A DNA stretch of 64,000 nt from Thalia democratica. Taxonomy: Eukaryota. The stretch covers positions 29,698,001-29,762,000 of the forward strand of contig OZ241830.1 of the NCBI GenBank assembly GCA_965202585.1. The letters run 5' to 3'. Positions 38,301 to 51,867 of the stretch are shown piece after piece; within the stretch, counting starts at the first letter, position 1; every line of letters begins with the position of its first letter. Made by a program: the position numbers and the translations under genes. The notes beneath the pieces are model-generated. The model did no database searches. It was not told the DNA's origin and saw nothing but the letters and a program-made list of their open reading frames with translations.

Positions 38301-41300
38301 AATAACAAAGATTAGTTTTGTGGATTTAATTCTTTTTTTTTCACCTTATTCTACACTCTCTGAAAAAAAACGTTAAATTTAAGCTAAGCTTTAATAGTCA
38401 ATAATCGTAGTTAAAGATTCTTTGTAATAATTATTAAAAATATGTAACTGTAGTAATTAAAACTCATAGGTGTAGTGAGAACATGAAAGAAGAGTCTGGT
38501 TTTCCATGTTACCTAGCTCTCACCAGATTGAAATTGGAAATATTATGGAGAGACACTTCATTCGTTGCTAAAGTTTGTGGAAATTATTTTTTAATGTTGT
38601 ATATTAAAAAATGTTTTAATTGATGCTAGGTCGAGTGTGCACAACTTTTCAAATTCAGACGTATAAAGTTAAAGAAATAAAAGTTTAAAGGGCCACGAAT
38701 CAGAAATAAAAAAAAAAAAGTTTACGTAGGTCAAATTAACATCTAAAAACTTATTTTTTTGTAAAATTTTGTTTTGAGACGTGACTAAAATAGTTTTTAA
38801 GTATGATTAATTTTTGAACTTAAAAAACAAAATTAGTAATTTCTATCTATCATGATATTTAAAATTTTATTAATTTGACCCACATACACATATTTAAAAA
38901 TTACCTATAGTTTTTAAAAAAAATTTAACAGCTTGAATTTTTGAATCTAAATTGTCTATAAACCCTAGATTAATATGTCTTACTGACTTGAAATTACGAA
39001 TTTCTAGCTTAAATAGAACATAACTTGTATTAAGTATAAGTTGTTGTACGTTACAAAGTGTATAAAATCATTAAAATTGATATTTTCAATCTTCATATTT
39101 AGCTTAGGTACAAAAAAAAGATGTTTAGAAAATTTTTGAAACTATATATAAATCAATCAGTTTAACATTTAGCTTAAAACTGTTGGGAAATCAAGTGTAA
39201 TTACTTACAAAAAACCTTTCACTGTTTGGTACAATTTTAAATGTAAAGATAATTTATCAATAATTAAATTTTGTTTCAGTGTTATCAAAATTAATTGAGA
39301 TTTGAAACCTTGATTTATTTGATTATTCTAATTTGATTTAGTTTATTTTCATTATAATTTAAACAGTTGGTATCATAGCTATACCTACATTACAATTTCA
39401 TAGTCAGTAAAACTCTAAATAAATTTTATTTTCAAAAGGCCATCACTTTCCATGTAATACTACTGACCACTTTGTTAATGATGTGGTTGTTGAAACCAAG
39501 AAAAAACACAGCTGAAAGCCAACAACCTATTACGTTAGTTAAAATCTTGCTAGTATAAATTTGAGTTTTCAAATACTTTTTTTCAATATTTGTTTATTTT
39601 AATGTAGCTTGTAGTTAAAACATTATCTAACATTAGACATTTACTTATTTGTTAGCTTTTTGCGTTTAGTTTTTTCATAGATATAGTTTTTTTTTTATAG
39701 CTTAAATTTTTCTATAAATAAATCTATTAAATACTTGTGTGAGACACTAAAATACAATAATTCACTAATACAACTTTTATTATTTTTTAGTCAAATTCAA
39801 GCATTTATAGAGTTAATTAAAGTACTCTAATATATCAAAAATATGTCATATTTGTTGACTTGTAAAACAAAACACACTTAGTTGATGTACTACACTAATT
39901 TAAAGATAGTTACAAGTGTACTTTAAACAACAATAAGTTATAGATTTTATTTGCTATTTAATGATTCTTAACAGAGAGGAAGTTGTTGATATAGAAGATG
40001 ATGTTGAAGAAAGTTAACATTTTTATTATGCTTTTTAGCTGCTTTTACTTCTACTGTTTTTATGTTTTGTTTGTTTTTAGTGCATATTACAATTTAATCT
40101 AGTTTCAAAACAATTGCTGTATTAAAATATTTTTAAACTATATTTTTCAAAAATTATTTCCGTAAAAAGGATGTTTTTACTTTAAAAAATATAAAACTTT
40201 ACTTATTGTTTTACCCAGTCTATTTGAAATAACATTAAAATGCAAGTTATTAATGCTTAGATAAAAATTTGTAAAAGTTCTACTTTTGTCTTGAAAAGTT
40301 TAAAATTAGAGCTATAAACGAAGGTTTACAACGCTAATTTTTTTAACAATATTAAATATTATTTAAAACCGTACGTTTTTGGTGCTTAATGAAAAAAGTT
40401 TAGTGATTTTTGAATAATTGAACAAAACTTATTTTGTTTTTATCTGATTATTGTATTTATAAACATTCACTTGCGCCATATGAAAAAATTGGCAATATTT
40501 AGTTAATGTTTTCCACAAGTATTAGAGATATAATCAGTTTAAATATAACAATGTAGTCTCACTTATTATTTAAAGGCAGTACAATACTAGAGGCATGCCT
40601 ATCCTAAGTACTTAAATATATTGACTATATAATAAATTTTATTTAGGGCTTTGCTAAAATAAATTCTACAATGTACTCCAACAATTTACATTCAAAAACT
40701 TCCTTATAAACATTTTTTTTGGTAAAAAATGATTAACTAAGGTATTTACCTAAAGTTTTTTACTAAAAATCAATGTTTTAGACGTCTTTTTACAATATTA
40801 CACACGAAAAAACTTTAAATAATATCGTATAGCATTAAAGTATATCAAATTTTTGTTAAACACATCTAATAAAGTTCTTATTAAACTTCTTGATACTAAT
40901 CGAAAATGTTTTCAATAGTTAGATATTAAAGTCGATAGTTAGTTTAATGAATAAAACATTAAAAAATTCTTTAATCGCAAAAATTAAATATAAATTTTCA
41001 AAGTTAAGAGTATTCTACACTTATAGTTAATTAAAAAACAAGATTAGAATGTTGTTTAGAAAAATAACTGGATAACTTTCCTTTGAGAGTATCTTATCAA
41101 AACAACAATAGCCTTTTTTTCATTTGTATATATCAAAGAAAGCCTGAATGCAATTAAAGCTTATGACTAAATGTCTCATTTTGTTGTCAGTTATTAACGC
41201 TTTAAAATTTAAGTAGAGGCATTTAAAGAACATTTAAAAATGTAAACTGGTACTGTCAAATGCACTTGATACAAAAATGCTTTTCAACAAAATCTAAACT

Positions 41301-42959
41301 TTTTGTCAAGGTTAAACACAAATCAGCCGCGAGCACGAACATGTTTTCTTTAAATTTTTCATTAATCCTTTAATTAGTATTAATCTAAATACTTTTTAAT
41401 TGTTCTTTACCACTTTATAACTTCAGTAACGATTTTCTTTTAAATAAATACAAACAACTTCTAGTTAACTGATTTTTTTAGCTTTTTGATATGATAAATA
41501 AATATAAATTTTGAAATACTTGGGTAAATTTAATTTTCAACTAACTACTACGTCATTATACTGGTAAAATTTGTATATATCAACTCGTTTTCCAGTAAAA
41601 TTTTGCTTTTTATGAAAATGACTTAGTTGTTCAAAACCATATCCAAAAAGACGGTAAAACTGTGTTTTGGGCTTAATTTTGACCACAGATAAAATTTAAT
41701 ATTTAAACTTAATCTTTATTTCTATTCATCTATTAACTAATATCAGTTTCTATCAACAAAAACTAAACTTTAAAAGAAAATTTATGTACTTTAGCACGCA
41801 TGAACTTTAAAACATAAAGAATTTTCATTGCTTGCCACATTTTGTTGAACTTGTATAACAAAGGTACAAATTTCAGCATTTGACACTAAAAATCTGATTA
41901 AACAAATTCAAACTGTCAACTTATACTAGTTTATATTTACTTTCAAAATCGTAATCTAATTATTACGTCAAAAATTCAAATTAAAATGCGTAATACTAAA
42001 ATTAAGTAGCAATTAAAGTCAATTTATTAGTATTTGATAGTCTGAAATGGATTCTTAGCAATTAAGAACACCCTGGACGTCAGCTTAAGTTTGCAAAATT
42101 GTAATTTAGGTGCATTCTTTGTAATTACTTAGGCTTGGCGTAGTTAAAGTTATCACTTAAAATCTCACTGACTACTATCCATCGCACGAACAAATTGAAC
42201 ACATAATTTCTTATAATTTAACTACCTTAACACTTATAAAAAAGCTTTAAAATGTATTTTGTTATAATGTTAAATTTGTTAATATTTTTTTTTTCAACTA
42301 AATGTTAAAACATTTTCACTAAACCCAATACTTTTTTATTAATGTGTTTATGAAGAAAAAACTTCATCAAATCAAGTTTAAAGTTGTAAAATTTTCAATA
42401 GCCTTTCAAGTTTTGTATAGTTTTAAATGTAAGTTATCACATGTGCTATTGAATACCAATAACGAGTTTTTCCCCTAAAAAAAACATCTGTTGTACAAAT
42501 TAAAATTTTTTAATCATGTGTGAATGTGTTATAAGTAAACAGGATATAAGTTTAAAATTGTGTTTCATACACATGTTTTTATTGTTCTTAATTGACATTA
42601 TTGTATTTTGATAACAAATAAGTGCTTTTCAAAATTTTTTGAACTTTCTAATGCTTCACTAATTGAAATTTATAATTAGTCTCATGATGCTAATTAATAT
42701 GCTGTTTTATTGCTCCTAAAAATGCAACAATCAGTAAAAAAAATACAAAATAACAAAAACCCACGTGCTCTTAATTCAAAGTTGTATAAAAAGCCTACAT
42801 CTTTCTCCAGCTCTATTTCATACTGATCAACATCTCGACTGCAAAACAATGCTGACTTCTGGTTCCAGGGATAGAGCTAATTCCGAACCCACCCAGGGTA
42901 GTGAGAAAGAAGTAGGCACCAAAGGAAGCCAATCAGATAGTGAGACATCATCAACTTAA
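23387..42959 (+). CDS. SEL1L3: Protein sel-1 homolog 3 (signal peptide, LamG/ConA-like region, Sel1-like repeats, one TM helix), about 1150 aa, 30 coding exons
   Basis: Exons: 23387-23440, 24591-24773, 25412-25675, 26137-26222, 26498-26631, 26952-27072, 27668-27807, 28231-28346, 28833-28891, 29181-29319, 30307-30427, 30691-30778, 31037-31154, 31504-31644, 32062-32179, 32411-32472, 32673-32792, 33421-33558, 34494-34588, 34861-34999, 35250-35377, 35882-35965, 36187-36277, 36539-36623, 37074-37183, 37681-37814, 38470-38572, 39439-39533, 39975-40012, 42811-42959. All GT-AG and phase-consistent, 3453 nt. Signal peptide MKVSVLIILKITLLLNYVTS. Motifs YLLSWCKTNVMCSLL, GYLLIGGS, RLLYWGQQGLQRNLQEAVKYYEKAA, WAKFLSDKN, KMGDYHYYG and EESGFPCYLA align collinearly with vertebrate SEL1L3 as recalled (e.g. 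[39 protein letters not shown]). TM AITFHVILLTTLLMMWLL. The last two exon boundaries are less certain. Confidence 0.93.
30054..30141 (+). ncRNA. Candidate intronic pre-miRNA hairpin (SEL1L3 intron 10)
   Basis: 30060-30092 pairs with 30106-30138: 27 Watson-Crick pairs, 4 G-U, 2 mismatches, no bulges, 13-nt loop. GC-rich island in an AT-rich intron and not needed as an exon. Confidence 0.5.
33749..34390. mobile_element. hAT (Charlie-like) MITE in SEL1L3 intron 18, with a nested insertion
   Basis: TIRs TAGGGGTGGGCAAC (33749-33762) and GTTGCCCACACCTA (34377-34390), 13/14 match; subterminal GGCCCGCGGGCCG motifs; flanks TTCCAATA / CTCTAGTA (5/8). Confidence 0.8.
33827..33982. mobile_element. Small MITE remnant nested in the hAT MITE
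   Basis: Begins TAGTGATTTACCGAATCC and ends ...GATCACT; repeated GGATCCGG / ATCCGGTCGGATT motifs. Confidence 0.45.
37741..38090 (+). repeat. 130-bp tandem triplication of the 3' half of SEL1L3 exon 26 and its donor region
   Basis: AACTAAC...ATGCCAGTAACTTT...GAACTTGTTAT...GTGAAAATACGAAA recurs at 37745, 37875 and 38005. The donor GTAAGT has become ATAATT in copy 2 and is lost in copy 3. Confidence 0.85.
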
Positions 42960-43357
42960 ACATGGTACTTAACTTTAAAGTGTTTCAAAATTGTAATACT
43001 TGCGTTCTGATTCCTAAATTTTTTGTTTTTGTTTTTAAAAGCTTTAGTTTTTAATTTACTGGGTTTTCATAACTTTTGTAAGTGTAAAAAGAGCATGTGC
43101 TTCTATGTTTCTTGATTTAGTTAATTTGTTGGGTTATTTTTTAATCAAAAATTACATTTTGTTTTTTATTGAAAATTGAAAACTGAAAAACTTAAAAACG
43201 ATGTATAAAAATTATGACGACTTTATTTTTATACTAACTAAAATTATTATGGTATTGAAATTGGTAACTGTTGTTTGTTGAAAACTGTAATTAGTATTTT
43301 TAAACGTTTAAGTTTACTCTATTAGTAAATATAAGCATGTTATACAAATGAAAATTT

Positions 43358-43368
43358 AATAAAATAAA
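43358..43368 (+). terminator. Candidate polyadenylation signal of SEL1L3 (overlapping AATAAA x2)
   Basis: AATAAAATAAA about 400 nt after the stop at 42957-42959. AATAAA is common in this AT-rich DNA. Confidence 0.35.
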
Positions 43369-43884
43369 CATGAAACTTTTTTTTTTTTAAGCTTTACTTA
43401 ATTTAATAAGTTAAAGCTTACAATAACCATCCATAAAACATTTTCCAAAGTGATTTTTAGTATAAAAAACAATAAACATTCTTATACTTTTTATTCTTTG
43501 TAGAGCTAAAATAAGAATCGTAATAGATTAATGTTATTGCAAAATTATCTACAAATTCTTTTAATAATTTATTGTGGGTTAATAATGTTATTAGTTGTTT
43601 AACAACTAACACTAAGTGTTGAGCTAAATGTTTTATAACTTCATTATTTAACAATTTCAAAAACTTAAAACTAAACAAGCATTTTAAGTAAAATTAAACT
43701 TTACAAATGAGTTAAATTTACGTTTTAAATCAAAGTTTAAAAATCGAAACAATTTTTAGAAAAAAAATAAAGCTACAAACTAACTTTAATGTTTATAGTA
43801 TATTAAATTAAAGTAGTATGTGTAAAAATTAAATAAATCATAATGATTAAATTAAACAATATTGAAACGTAAATGTTACATGCG

Positions 43885-46800
43885 AAACAAATTAAACCTA
43901 CTTAACTGTAAGTTAAGTCGAATTATATCTAGCTTTAGCTTATTTTTAAACCATTTAAACTACTACTCATATAAATTAAAGCAGCTTTTGTGAAAGAGAA
44001 CATAATTACAAGTCGCTCGAAAGAAAAGTTTTGTTGCAGTAAAAGTTAATTGTTAAAAATTTTTAGAATAAATTTATCTTTATTTAAATTAAAAAATTTT
44101 AACATAATAAAAATTTTCAAAGTTAGTTAATAAAAAGATTTAGACGGCTACAAAATTTTAGTTGTTTTATGTTGTTTAAATATTCATTCAAAATATAACT
44201 TTTATGTCCTATAACGAGTTTTTAACTTCTACGTTTATCTTAATAGCAACCGATAAGTTGAATAAACCTTTAAATGAAAAAAAAATCCGTCAACTTAAAA
44301 TGATTGTACTTAAGGTTTTTAATATTTTTTTATTAATTTCTGTTTGTTTCTTTTTTTAATCTTTTTTTTTAGTTAGCCCAAAATTACTCCATTAAACTTT
44401 AGTTTGAAGTGACTAAGTACTAAGTTATTAGAGTAGTCTAAAACTCTTTATTTAAAAATTTGAGGTCGTTTTCAAGTTGAATTTTTTTTTAATTAACACA
44501 AAAAAATTATTAGTTAAAAAAAATCTTAAAAACATTAATAAAACTTAGATCTATATTAGTGACAGTTACAGCAAGTAACATTAATAAAAGCAATTTAATA
44601 TGAAGTTTATGTAGTTTGTTTTCCTTAATTATTGTATATATGAGTATTACTATCATGTCGTTTATATATACATTCAATGTCGCGCCGTGAAACACTTGAT
44701 CTGTTGTTACAATAATAGATTTGAAATGTTTGTTAAGCTAGTTTTGTTGTTTAACGAAATAATGCGATTACCTTTTTAAGCATATTCGTCGGTTTTGAAA
44801 CTACAAAAGAACTATTTAAATTTAATAGAGTCTAGTTTTACAAAACATTATTTTTTTTTAAATCTAAAACTGTGGTCATCAAGTATATAAAAGATATGCA
44901 AAGTTGTTAAAACATTTTCTTTCTTTTTTCTTTGAACCTAAAATTGGGATATTTAGAAAAAATATCAACTTCGTTTACTGCGCACTCTGTTCCGAAATTT
45001 AAAATAAAAAATTTCTATTGTAAATGTTTTTTTTTCTCAAATATCAAAATTTTAATTGATCATGATAGAGAATTATATGTATGTTATTGTTTCAGTAGAT
45101 ACGATCCAAATACTTTATGAATATCTTTGAATAATAGATCTTTGACACAGAACGTTTGTATTTATTTCGTAAACCCAAGTTTTATCTTTAATCGTAGCAC
45201 TTGAAACAAAGTATAAAGGTACAAACTTTAGCAAATCACAAATTCTCGAAAACATCTTATTTTTAAGTGAAAAATAAAAAAAAAACGTTTTAATTAAGAT
45301 ACTTCTATAAGTTGTTCAACAAAAGTACTAAAAATTATTTTGTCTAAACTATTTTAATAAAATAAAATAACTGTGTTGATCATAAGAAATTTCAAAGTTT
45401 TTAAGAATTTTTTACTTTAATTTTCAATTAAGTAAACATTTCTTAGTTACTTATGTTTTATACTTCATTCCGCTGTATACTATTACAGCCATTGACATTA
45501 TATAACGATAGTAAAACACAAATAAAATAAAATCGACCAAAGTGTTGGCAAGTTTCCGCTGTTAATATGTCTTATAAAAATGTGAAGGTAAAACTCTAAA
45601 TGATAAAACAAGGTGATACAATTTATTGTTTACAGCACTAATCAAATGCATTACCCATCATGTTTTCTATTGCAATGCTTGATTAATTCTTCAAAAAACT
45701 TTACAGTTAATTTTTTTTTTAATTTTAATTGTTTTTGTTTCTAATGATAACTACATTTAAACATTACTGTCTTAACTAAACGATTAAATATGCTTTACTA
45801 AACTAAATAAAAACTAAGATTTGTTTTCACTTAGATAAGCAAAATTTATCTAAACCATTTTCTTTAACTATTTTTTTAAACAAATAAATGTGTCTTCACG
45901 CTACATTTACAGTAATTTTTTTTAAACTGTTTTTTTATTTTGAAAAAGCATAACTTAGCATGATGAAAAAAATAATGATTTTTTGCAACAATTTTTTTAA
46001 TAAATGGTTGTTTAAAAACAAAAATTCGTTGTTAAGAAAAAACGCTATAGGCAATAAATTTATTAGATAATTAATAATATGACAAATTCTAATAATACAA
46101 CTAATAACTAGTCAGAAAAATTTTTGTTTATGTTAAGCAGAACTATAACTTATTATCAAATATTAACGGAACGAATTTGAACACGCTTTAAATTTTAAAA
46201 GTATATGGAAAACAAATTAAACCAACTTAACTGTTACGTTAAGTCGAGTTATTTCTAGCTTAAGTTATTCTAAAGCCGCTGTACTTCAAAATTACTACTC
46301 AAACAATTTTAAACAATTTTTGTTGAAGAAAACATAGTAAGAAGGCACTCAAAAAATATTATCTTGTAGTAAAAAATTGTTTCTTAGAAAACTATGGATT
46401 TTTTTTTAATCATAGTTTTTCATTCCTTATACATAAAAAATTGTAAAAAATTACTCTGTAGATAGCTTCGGTTCGCTTTAAATTTAATATAAGTTGTTTT
46501 GTTCTGCTAAATATTCTTTCAAAATATGGGTTTTTCGTAATAGTAAAAAATGTTTGTAATTTACACACTTTTCTTATTAGCAACCGAACAGTTTAATAAA
46601 CCTTTGGACACCGTCGGGTTGAATTATCTAGCTTTAAATTTTAAATATCATTTTAATATTATCTGTTTCCTAGTAATAAATATGTGTACTTTGATAATTC
46701 TAAATTTAGTACTTAAAATTTTAGTTTGAAGTGACTGAGTATAAAGTCATTAAAGCGGTCTAAAAGTCTTTATTTTATATTTAAATTAGGTTTTAAGTGG

Positions 46801-47530
46801 AGTTTTCTTCAAATTAACACAGAAAAATCATTAGTACACAATCAAGCTATTTTAATAGGAACAAAACTTAGATATATGTTAGTGACAGTTACAGCGCATA
46901 ACATAAACAAAAACAATTTAAAGTTAAAATTGTGTAATTGTTTTCCGTAATTATTGTATATATGAGTAATACTGTAATGTCATTTTTATATACATTCAAA
47001 GTCGCGTCGTGAAACACTTGATCTGTTGTTACAATAATAGATTTGAAATTTTTGTTAAGCTATTTTTGTTGTGTAACAAAATATTGCGATTACTTTTTAA
47101 TTCAGTTTGAAACTTCCTCAACAAAAGTTCTTCAAAAGTTTAATTTCTACTTGTTTTATAGAGCTAATTTTTTAAAAATTGTCCAGATAAGTGAATAAGC
47201 ACTGTATTATGCTACACACTAAAATTTGTATGCTCTCAGAAAAAAAAGTTGATAAACTTCTCGGTTTCACGGATATTCTAAACCATCACACATAAATAAA
47301 AAGAATATTATCTTTTTATTAGAAATATTTTTTATTTTTTTAAAGTTTTTACGACTTTTAAAAAAGTTTATTGTTTCTTAAAGTAACCACATTAAAAACT
47401 TTTCTGTATTATTTAAACGATTAAATAGGATCTACTAAACTAAAAATAATTGAGATTTGTTAAAACTTGAATGAACAATTTTTATTAGCACATTGTTTTC
47501 ACCTTAAATTATAAGTTTATACGATCAAAT
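43885..47530 (+). repeat. Diverged tandem segmental duplication, offset about 2.32 kb
   Basis: 43885-44779 aligns with 46210-47100, and 45775-45900 with about 47410-47530. A 42-bp identical block sits at 44686-44727 and 47008-47049. Confidence 0.85.
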
Positions 47531-49436
47531 GTTTTTATTTTTTTGTGCTTAAAAATTTTTAGTAGGCTAGTTTTGGTAACTTTTTACTTAACTGTTCTAC
47601 TTTCATTCATTATAACAAAAAAGCATGTTAGTAAATCGAGAAACCTTTAAATTATTGTGACTTACATAAAAGTTTGCTTATTCTGTTGTTGTTTTTTTTT
47701 TGTTTCATTTAATAGTCTACTACAGCTGATTGTACAGACGAACTCCGAGTTTAAACAATTAACCTTCTTAAACGAAGCTTTGGAATTATAATTCAAAGTA
47801 AATTAAACCTTTGTGCAAACTAAACGGCTCAAACTTAAAGTAACTCATCTTTGTTGTCCGTTTGCCTGTCTAAAATTACAAAATCAAATGGAATTTTGCA
47901 GAAACTCAACGCTTGTAATTACGCTTGCAATTCAATTACGTGTCAATTACAGCGTATTATGGCAATATATCGTAATGTTTATTATCTAAATTCGTGCAAA
48001 ATATTTTTCCCATGATGTTACAATGTTTATGCCAAATTTGACTTTTCCATCATTTACTTGTTATAAGTGCAGCTGTGATTAGCAGAACTTGTTACAGTTT
48101 TAGATTTTTTGATCTTAGTGGTTGTTTTCGGTAAAACATATTCAAAGTTTGATTTGATGCGTTTCTGAAGTATTGAAAAATTGGAACGTATTTTGTAAGC
48201 AGCTATTTTTGATAATAAATTGAATAAATTCAATTTTTTCAAAGTTTTAGTATAAATAATGCTAGATTATAAAATTCAAAAACTTTTGCATGTTGTAGTA
48301 AAAATAACATTTAAAAAAACGTGGTTACTTAAAACTAATACGTATATGTATCTTTTATAATGCGTATTTTGCTTTGCTTTCAGTAAATAGTTATATACCC
48401 GTATGTTATTAATTGATATACAAGTAAGTAAAACTTAAGAAAAATTTAATTTATTATGTTAAGAAAAAAACTAGTTAAGTAATTAATAAGTGTTTTTGTT
48501 TTCTTTTTTAAGATAAATCTGATATTTAATTATTAAATAACCATACAAAGAAAACATTTTATGGCTAAATATATATATCAAAAGATATTTTCATATAATT
48601 TTTAAAATTCAAAACTTAGAATGTCATTTAAGTTAAAACTTAACAAAAATTTCCCGAAAAGACTAAAAGATAAAGCTAATCCAAAGCAAAAATTACACTT
48701 AACAAAAAGTGGCAAAAATGTATACCACGAAAATAAATCTCATTATATTCTCTCATTCACTGAATTGTATTGTACTTATGCAGTTTTTTTCGGTTTGAAA
48801 AGCCTTGGAATGCTTTAGGTCAATAGTGCAAGATTATGCGAAGTATATTAAGTTCCAAAGTTGAAGCTTAACAGCCGTATAAATTACACGTTCTGGCTCA
48901 AATTGATCTTTTAGAAAATCGATTACAAGTCTTTAAGTCAGCATCTACAGATGTTTTTGGGGTAAACTTGAAAGTAAATAACTAAAATAAAGCAAAAACT
49001 TTTTCAAATGTTAAGCCTATTACAACTTTTATTAAGAGTTATATAACCGATTCTAAGCTTTATATAAGTTTTGATTACGTTTAAAATAAAAAAGGCTGCA
49101 GTTTTAAACGTTAGGTATATATGAGTACATAGTTTAAATAAATATTTACACATTCGGTATCTAAAAACCTACAAATGAGTTTTAGATGAGTTAAGGTGAT
49201 TAAACTAATACTAAAAGCACATAAGCTTTGATGAAAACGACTTTAAAAAAGGATACAGTTTTTATCAGTACACAATTAGATATTATCAACCGATTTTAAA
49301 TGTGTTTTAAACGAGAAATGCATTATATACGTACTTTAGAAAGGAAGTGAAAACTAAGTTTGCAATTTGCATAAACTTTATATACAATTATCTTCTTTCG
49401 TAATCGAAAATTTACGCTTGAAGCAAAATACTTTAG

Positions 49437-49481
49437 GTCTGCTACTAAAGTCAACCTGATGCATTCCGGATTTGCCCATGT
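49437..49481 (+). other. Candidate 45-nt exon, possibly a 5' UTR exon of the LRR gene
   Basis: Acceptor ctttag, locally GC-richer body, donor GTAAGT at 49482. An acceptor ctatcag at 51838 precedes the LRR ATG. Confidence 0.25.
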
Positions 49482-51867
49482 GTAAGTAGCTCGTATTTAG
49501 CGTTTTTATTTATAATACGTTTTAATAGTTTTACAATGTTTAATTTTTGTTAACTGTTAGTGTCAAGATAAAAAGTGTATATTTGATACAAATTATAGCA
49601 GTTTTGTTTTATTTCAGACAAATATCTTTTTTTTTTTGCTTAGCTAGAAAGTTCATATTCAGCTAAAAGTATTTTTTGAAGGTATAATGTTTTTAAACAA
49701 AGAAAATAATTTGTTCTATAAAATCCGATAAAGTACAGTTAGAAACATTTTTAACACAAACTTTAAATTTCTTTTTAAATATATAGTTTAAATATGTTTT
49801 TATTTTAAACAACTTAATAGTACTTTATGAATTAATTAAGTCATTTAGAAATTTTACTCTAAAAAAACAAATTTAAAAAATTAAAATGTAATAATAAAGT
49901 TTATGTATACGTAAACGTGTGTGTAGGTTTAATAATATCTGTGGTAATGTTTTTTTTTTCGTCAATTTATAGCCAATCTATCACTTTAGATGGTGATCAG
50001 TAGTGGTTTTAAAATAGTATTGATATTAATATTGATTTAGTCTGTCATGAAATAAACTAATAACTTTTTGATAAACTTATACAAACCACGTTTCATTTTG
50101 CATACTTAAAGCTGAAGACACATTATTTTTGATGCAATTTGCTTAAAGTTTTTGTACTACAGCAAAATAAATATACAGTTGAACTAAAGTTTAAACTAAT
50201 AACACCTTATTTTTTAAAGGTTCTTAGGGCAAACTTAAATAAGAATATTTTTCAATTTTTACATCTAAGGTTACTAAAAAACGAGAAATAAACCTAGTAT
50301 AATTTTAAAATTAAACAATGCACTTATGTACTATTTCTATAAAAAGTTTTACTGGGTACGCATAAAGAAACTTGATTAATAAATGATAATTAAAATAAAT
50401 TATTAAATAAGTAAAGCATCAACTTGCTGTAAAAAGATTTAAACTAAAAGTTTTCGATAAACTACGACAGTAGTACTTAATTTGGTGATATTGGTTTTGT
50501 TTTAACCTGCTAAATATTTGTATAAAAAGGTGTAGGAAAATTTTGAGCTGAAAATTTGAATACATCATTTTCAGATAAACTATAAACGTACAATTAATAT
50601 TAAATTAAAACAATTGATTAGTATCATAAAATCGGTTTTGTTTTTGAAAAAATTTTGTAAATGGTTGCTTTTTTTTAAAATTGTGTGTTTGGTTATTTTG
50701 AATTTCCTCAATAAAATATCTTTCCGTGTTTTATAGCAGACATATAAGCGAATGGTTTAGCGGGGAAGTTTTATTTTCTTCTCAACTTTCCTAATTAACT
50801 ATAGAGTAACTTGTAAAGTAAACTGAAAAATATAAGTCATGTGTTTTATATAAGCTTAAGAAAAAGTTATAAATTTTTCTTATATAAGAACAATAGTGAC
50901 GTTTAAACTACTGCGCTTTAAAACCATTTAAAATATTTTTTAACCACTAATGACTAATTTGCATTCTAAATAATCTATTTAAAAGTTTATTTAAATTAAA
51001 AGAAAATAAATATAAAAGTTATACATATTTTTTTTTTGTTAATTTTATTTTTATGTAAGCAATGTTTTGCAAATAATGTTATCGAGTGATACTTTTCAAT
51101 AATATATGCAAATTTTCTAATTTAAATCTCTTTTATTTTTAACGTTAATAGGATTAAAGTAAATATAAGCTTGAAAAAGTACGATGTATCAGTGTACTGA
51201 ACTGTTATTTTATGTTTTATTAAATTTTTCTAAAGCTTTTTTTTTTGTAACAGATTAAAAAACTGAAATACCATTATTTTATAGATAAATATGTATAAAG
51301 TTTAGTTCGAACAAAAGTTACTTTGATAAATATAGGTATTATTATTTATGTGCAGATAAGTACTTAAATTTTTTATTACTCTGTCCCTAAGAATTTTGTG
51401 TTATTGATAAGCATCTAATGATGAACATCAACAATTTAATAGCACTATTTAAAAAACCTAAAACTAATAAATTCTGAATAAAGGTTTGTAACAACCGAAT
51501 TACGTTTATTTTTTAATAAGAAGTATTATTGCAAAAAGTTAACTTGCAAAAAACTGTAAATTATGTATAACAAACTTGTTCTTTAATCTAAGATTTAATT
51601 ACTACTTTATGATAAAATTCTAGTATAATATTCATTTTGCTTTTAATTCTCAAGTGGTTTATACATCTAAATTTAAAAACATAAAAAAAAATATTTTTCA
51701 GCGACTGCCGATAAGCTGAAAAATTATACTACATATAATCTAATTTAAAATTGTGAATTACTGCTTATCAAATCACACTATAAACTGTTTACAAACTATT
51801 TTGAAAACGTTTAAAGTAATCAAACAAACTTCTATCAGATTCAAAATTTGGTGTATAAAAAATTAAA

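Noticed and set aside
23387-42959. Assignment as SEL1L/HRD3
   Set aside because: The long N-terminal LamG-like region and motif order match SEL1L3; no FN2 domain or SEL1L-type C-terminus is seen.
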